A stretch of 64,000 nucleotides of DNA from the NCBI GenBank assembly GCA_964106915.2, contig OZ066924.1. One strand, written 5' to 3'. Both the position numbers and the translations under genes were made by a program. The notes under the pieces were generated by a model. The model did not search any database. It was not told the origin of the DNA and was given only the letters and a program-made list of their open reading frames with translations. Position 1 is the stretch's first letter, and each line of letters opens with the position of its first letter. Of this stretch, positions 62,544-64,000 are shown one piece after another. The DNA comes from Podarcis gaigeae (taxonomy: Eukaryota).

Positions 62544-63001
62544 AGAACTGTGTGTCTTCAGCGTATTGCTGACAACTACTCCAAAGCTCCAGATGACTCC
62601 ACTCAGTGGTTCCTTGAAGATGTTAAACAGCATATTGTAAGGAGCCGAAGGAGAACAATGCAGGAGGGGTGGGCTTAATGTTGTAAACAGATACGCATTG
62701 GACGTGCACCAGATTAATACGGGCTACTTGAAAGAACACTTTCTTGCTCAGTATCAACCATGCACCTCACACAGAAATCTTTTAGTCTTTAAAAAGTAAA
62801 TGCTTTGGCATTTCAGCCTGCTCTGTTTTGTGGTGTGGCTCTACTGGACACTCGTTGCTTTCCTGGTTGCAGCTCCTGTGCTTCTATTTTCCTCTTTTGT
62901 TTTGATGGTAAATTCATTTATTTATTTATTTGTATTCCTTATAACTATAAAAAATACAAATAAATAAATAAATAAATAAATAAATTGTATTCCTTATAAC
63001 A

Positions 63002-63360
63002 AGGACACAGGTGGCGCTGTGGGTTAAAGCCTCAGCGCCTAGGACTTGCTGATCGAAAGGTCGGCGGTTCGAATCCCTGTGGCGGGGTGCGCTCCTGCTG
63101 CTCGGTCCCAGCGCCTGCCAACCTAGCAGTTCGAAAGCACCTCCGGGTGCAAGTAGATAAATAGGGACCGCTTACCAGCGGGAAGGTAAACGGCGTTTCC
63201 GTGTGCGGCTCTGGCTCGCCAGAGCAGCGATGTCACGCTGGCCACGTGACCCGGAAGTGTCTCCGGACAGCGCTGGCCCCTGGCCTCTTAAGTGAGATGG
63301 GCGCACAACCCCAGAGTCTGTCAAGACTGGCCCGTACGGGCAGGGGTACCTTTACCTTTT
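63002..63360 (+). mobile_element. Sauria SINE, young subfamily
   Basis: Nearly identical to 4653-5013; TSD TATTCCTTATAAC at 62988-63000 and 63361-63373. Confidence 0.93.
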
Positions 63361-64000
63361 TATTCCTTATAACCCATTCTTCCTCACAAAAGAGCCCCAG
63401 GCAGCTAACAATATTCATAAATACAACATACAAACACCATTAAAATTGCCATTCTTATAACAACAAATACACATCAAAATGCAGAATGACAGCGATAAAA
63501 TGGGCAGATTGAGTGCCTCGTCTGTTTACCATAGGCCTGTGTGAATAAATATGCTTTCAGTTGATGTCTGAATGAAACCAATGTTTGCTGTTGTCAATTT
63601 TCATTTATCAGTTGTGTCTATATTTCTAGGAAGTAAAATATTCTGTAGATAAAGGAGAGAGGGGAAAGAGGAGAGAGGGGGGAATTTAGAACTAGGGAAA
63701 ATAATTGCAAAGATCCAGCAATTTAACTAGGAATGTTTCTTCGAACACAATAAGGTCATAGGTCATAGCAGGATACAGTGTGGAACTGGAACAATGGAGA
63801 AGAGCCACTTCTGAACTTGAACCCAAATGCAAATCTTGCCCAGTGCTCAGTTTTAGTGTTATCACAATAGATTCACAACTTGGAAAACACATGAATGATC
63901 GTTTACGATACTGTAAAGTCACTGTCAAATACATTACTGTTAAAATTGTGCCAGTAACAATACTGTGCTTTTCCATTTGGAAAGTTTGTTCGCTAATAAC

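Overview
Vertebrate DNA from a squamate reptile, most likely a lacertid lizard, judged by the Sauria/Squam SINE, BovB, L2, CR1 and MITE content. The first ~8.6 kb holds the last five coding exons and 3' UTR of ZNF608 on the + strand. The exons are 921-1338, 1846-2018, 3803-3956, 6486-6567 and 7591-7597; all junctions are GT-AG and in phase, and the protein ends ...[13 protein letters not shown]. The remaining ~55 kb is non-coding gene desert. It contains nine Sauria SINE copies, Squam2/Squam3-type and tRNA-Ile SINEs, 3' fragments of L2, CR1, BovB, RTE and Rex1/Babar LINEs, many hAT and Tc1/mariner MITEs, and two solo LTRs with perfect 5-bp target-site duplications (TSDs). Between these are repeat-free, homeobox-motif-rich blocks that look like conserved enhancers. 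I see no evidence of a new protein-coding system: almost all listed ORFs are transposon fragments or noise. The most notable observations are (i) a composite hAT-like MITE with 6-bp TSDs that captured an L2 3' end and amplified with it, (ii) three similar-sized N runs sitting where the most conserved DNA is expected, (iii) a ZNF608 last intron whose retention changes one residue but alters the 3' UTR, (iv) repeated retroposon insertion into the same target site, and (v) a chimeric CR1 insert. Family names come from recognition, not database searches.
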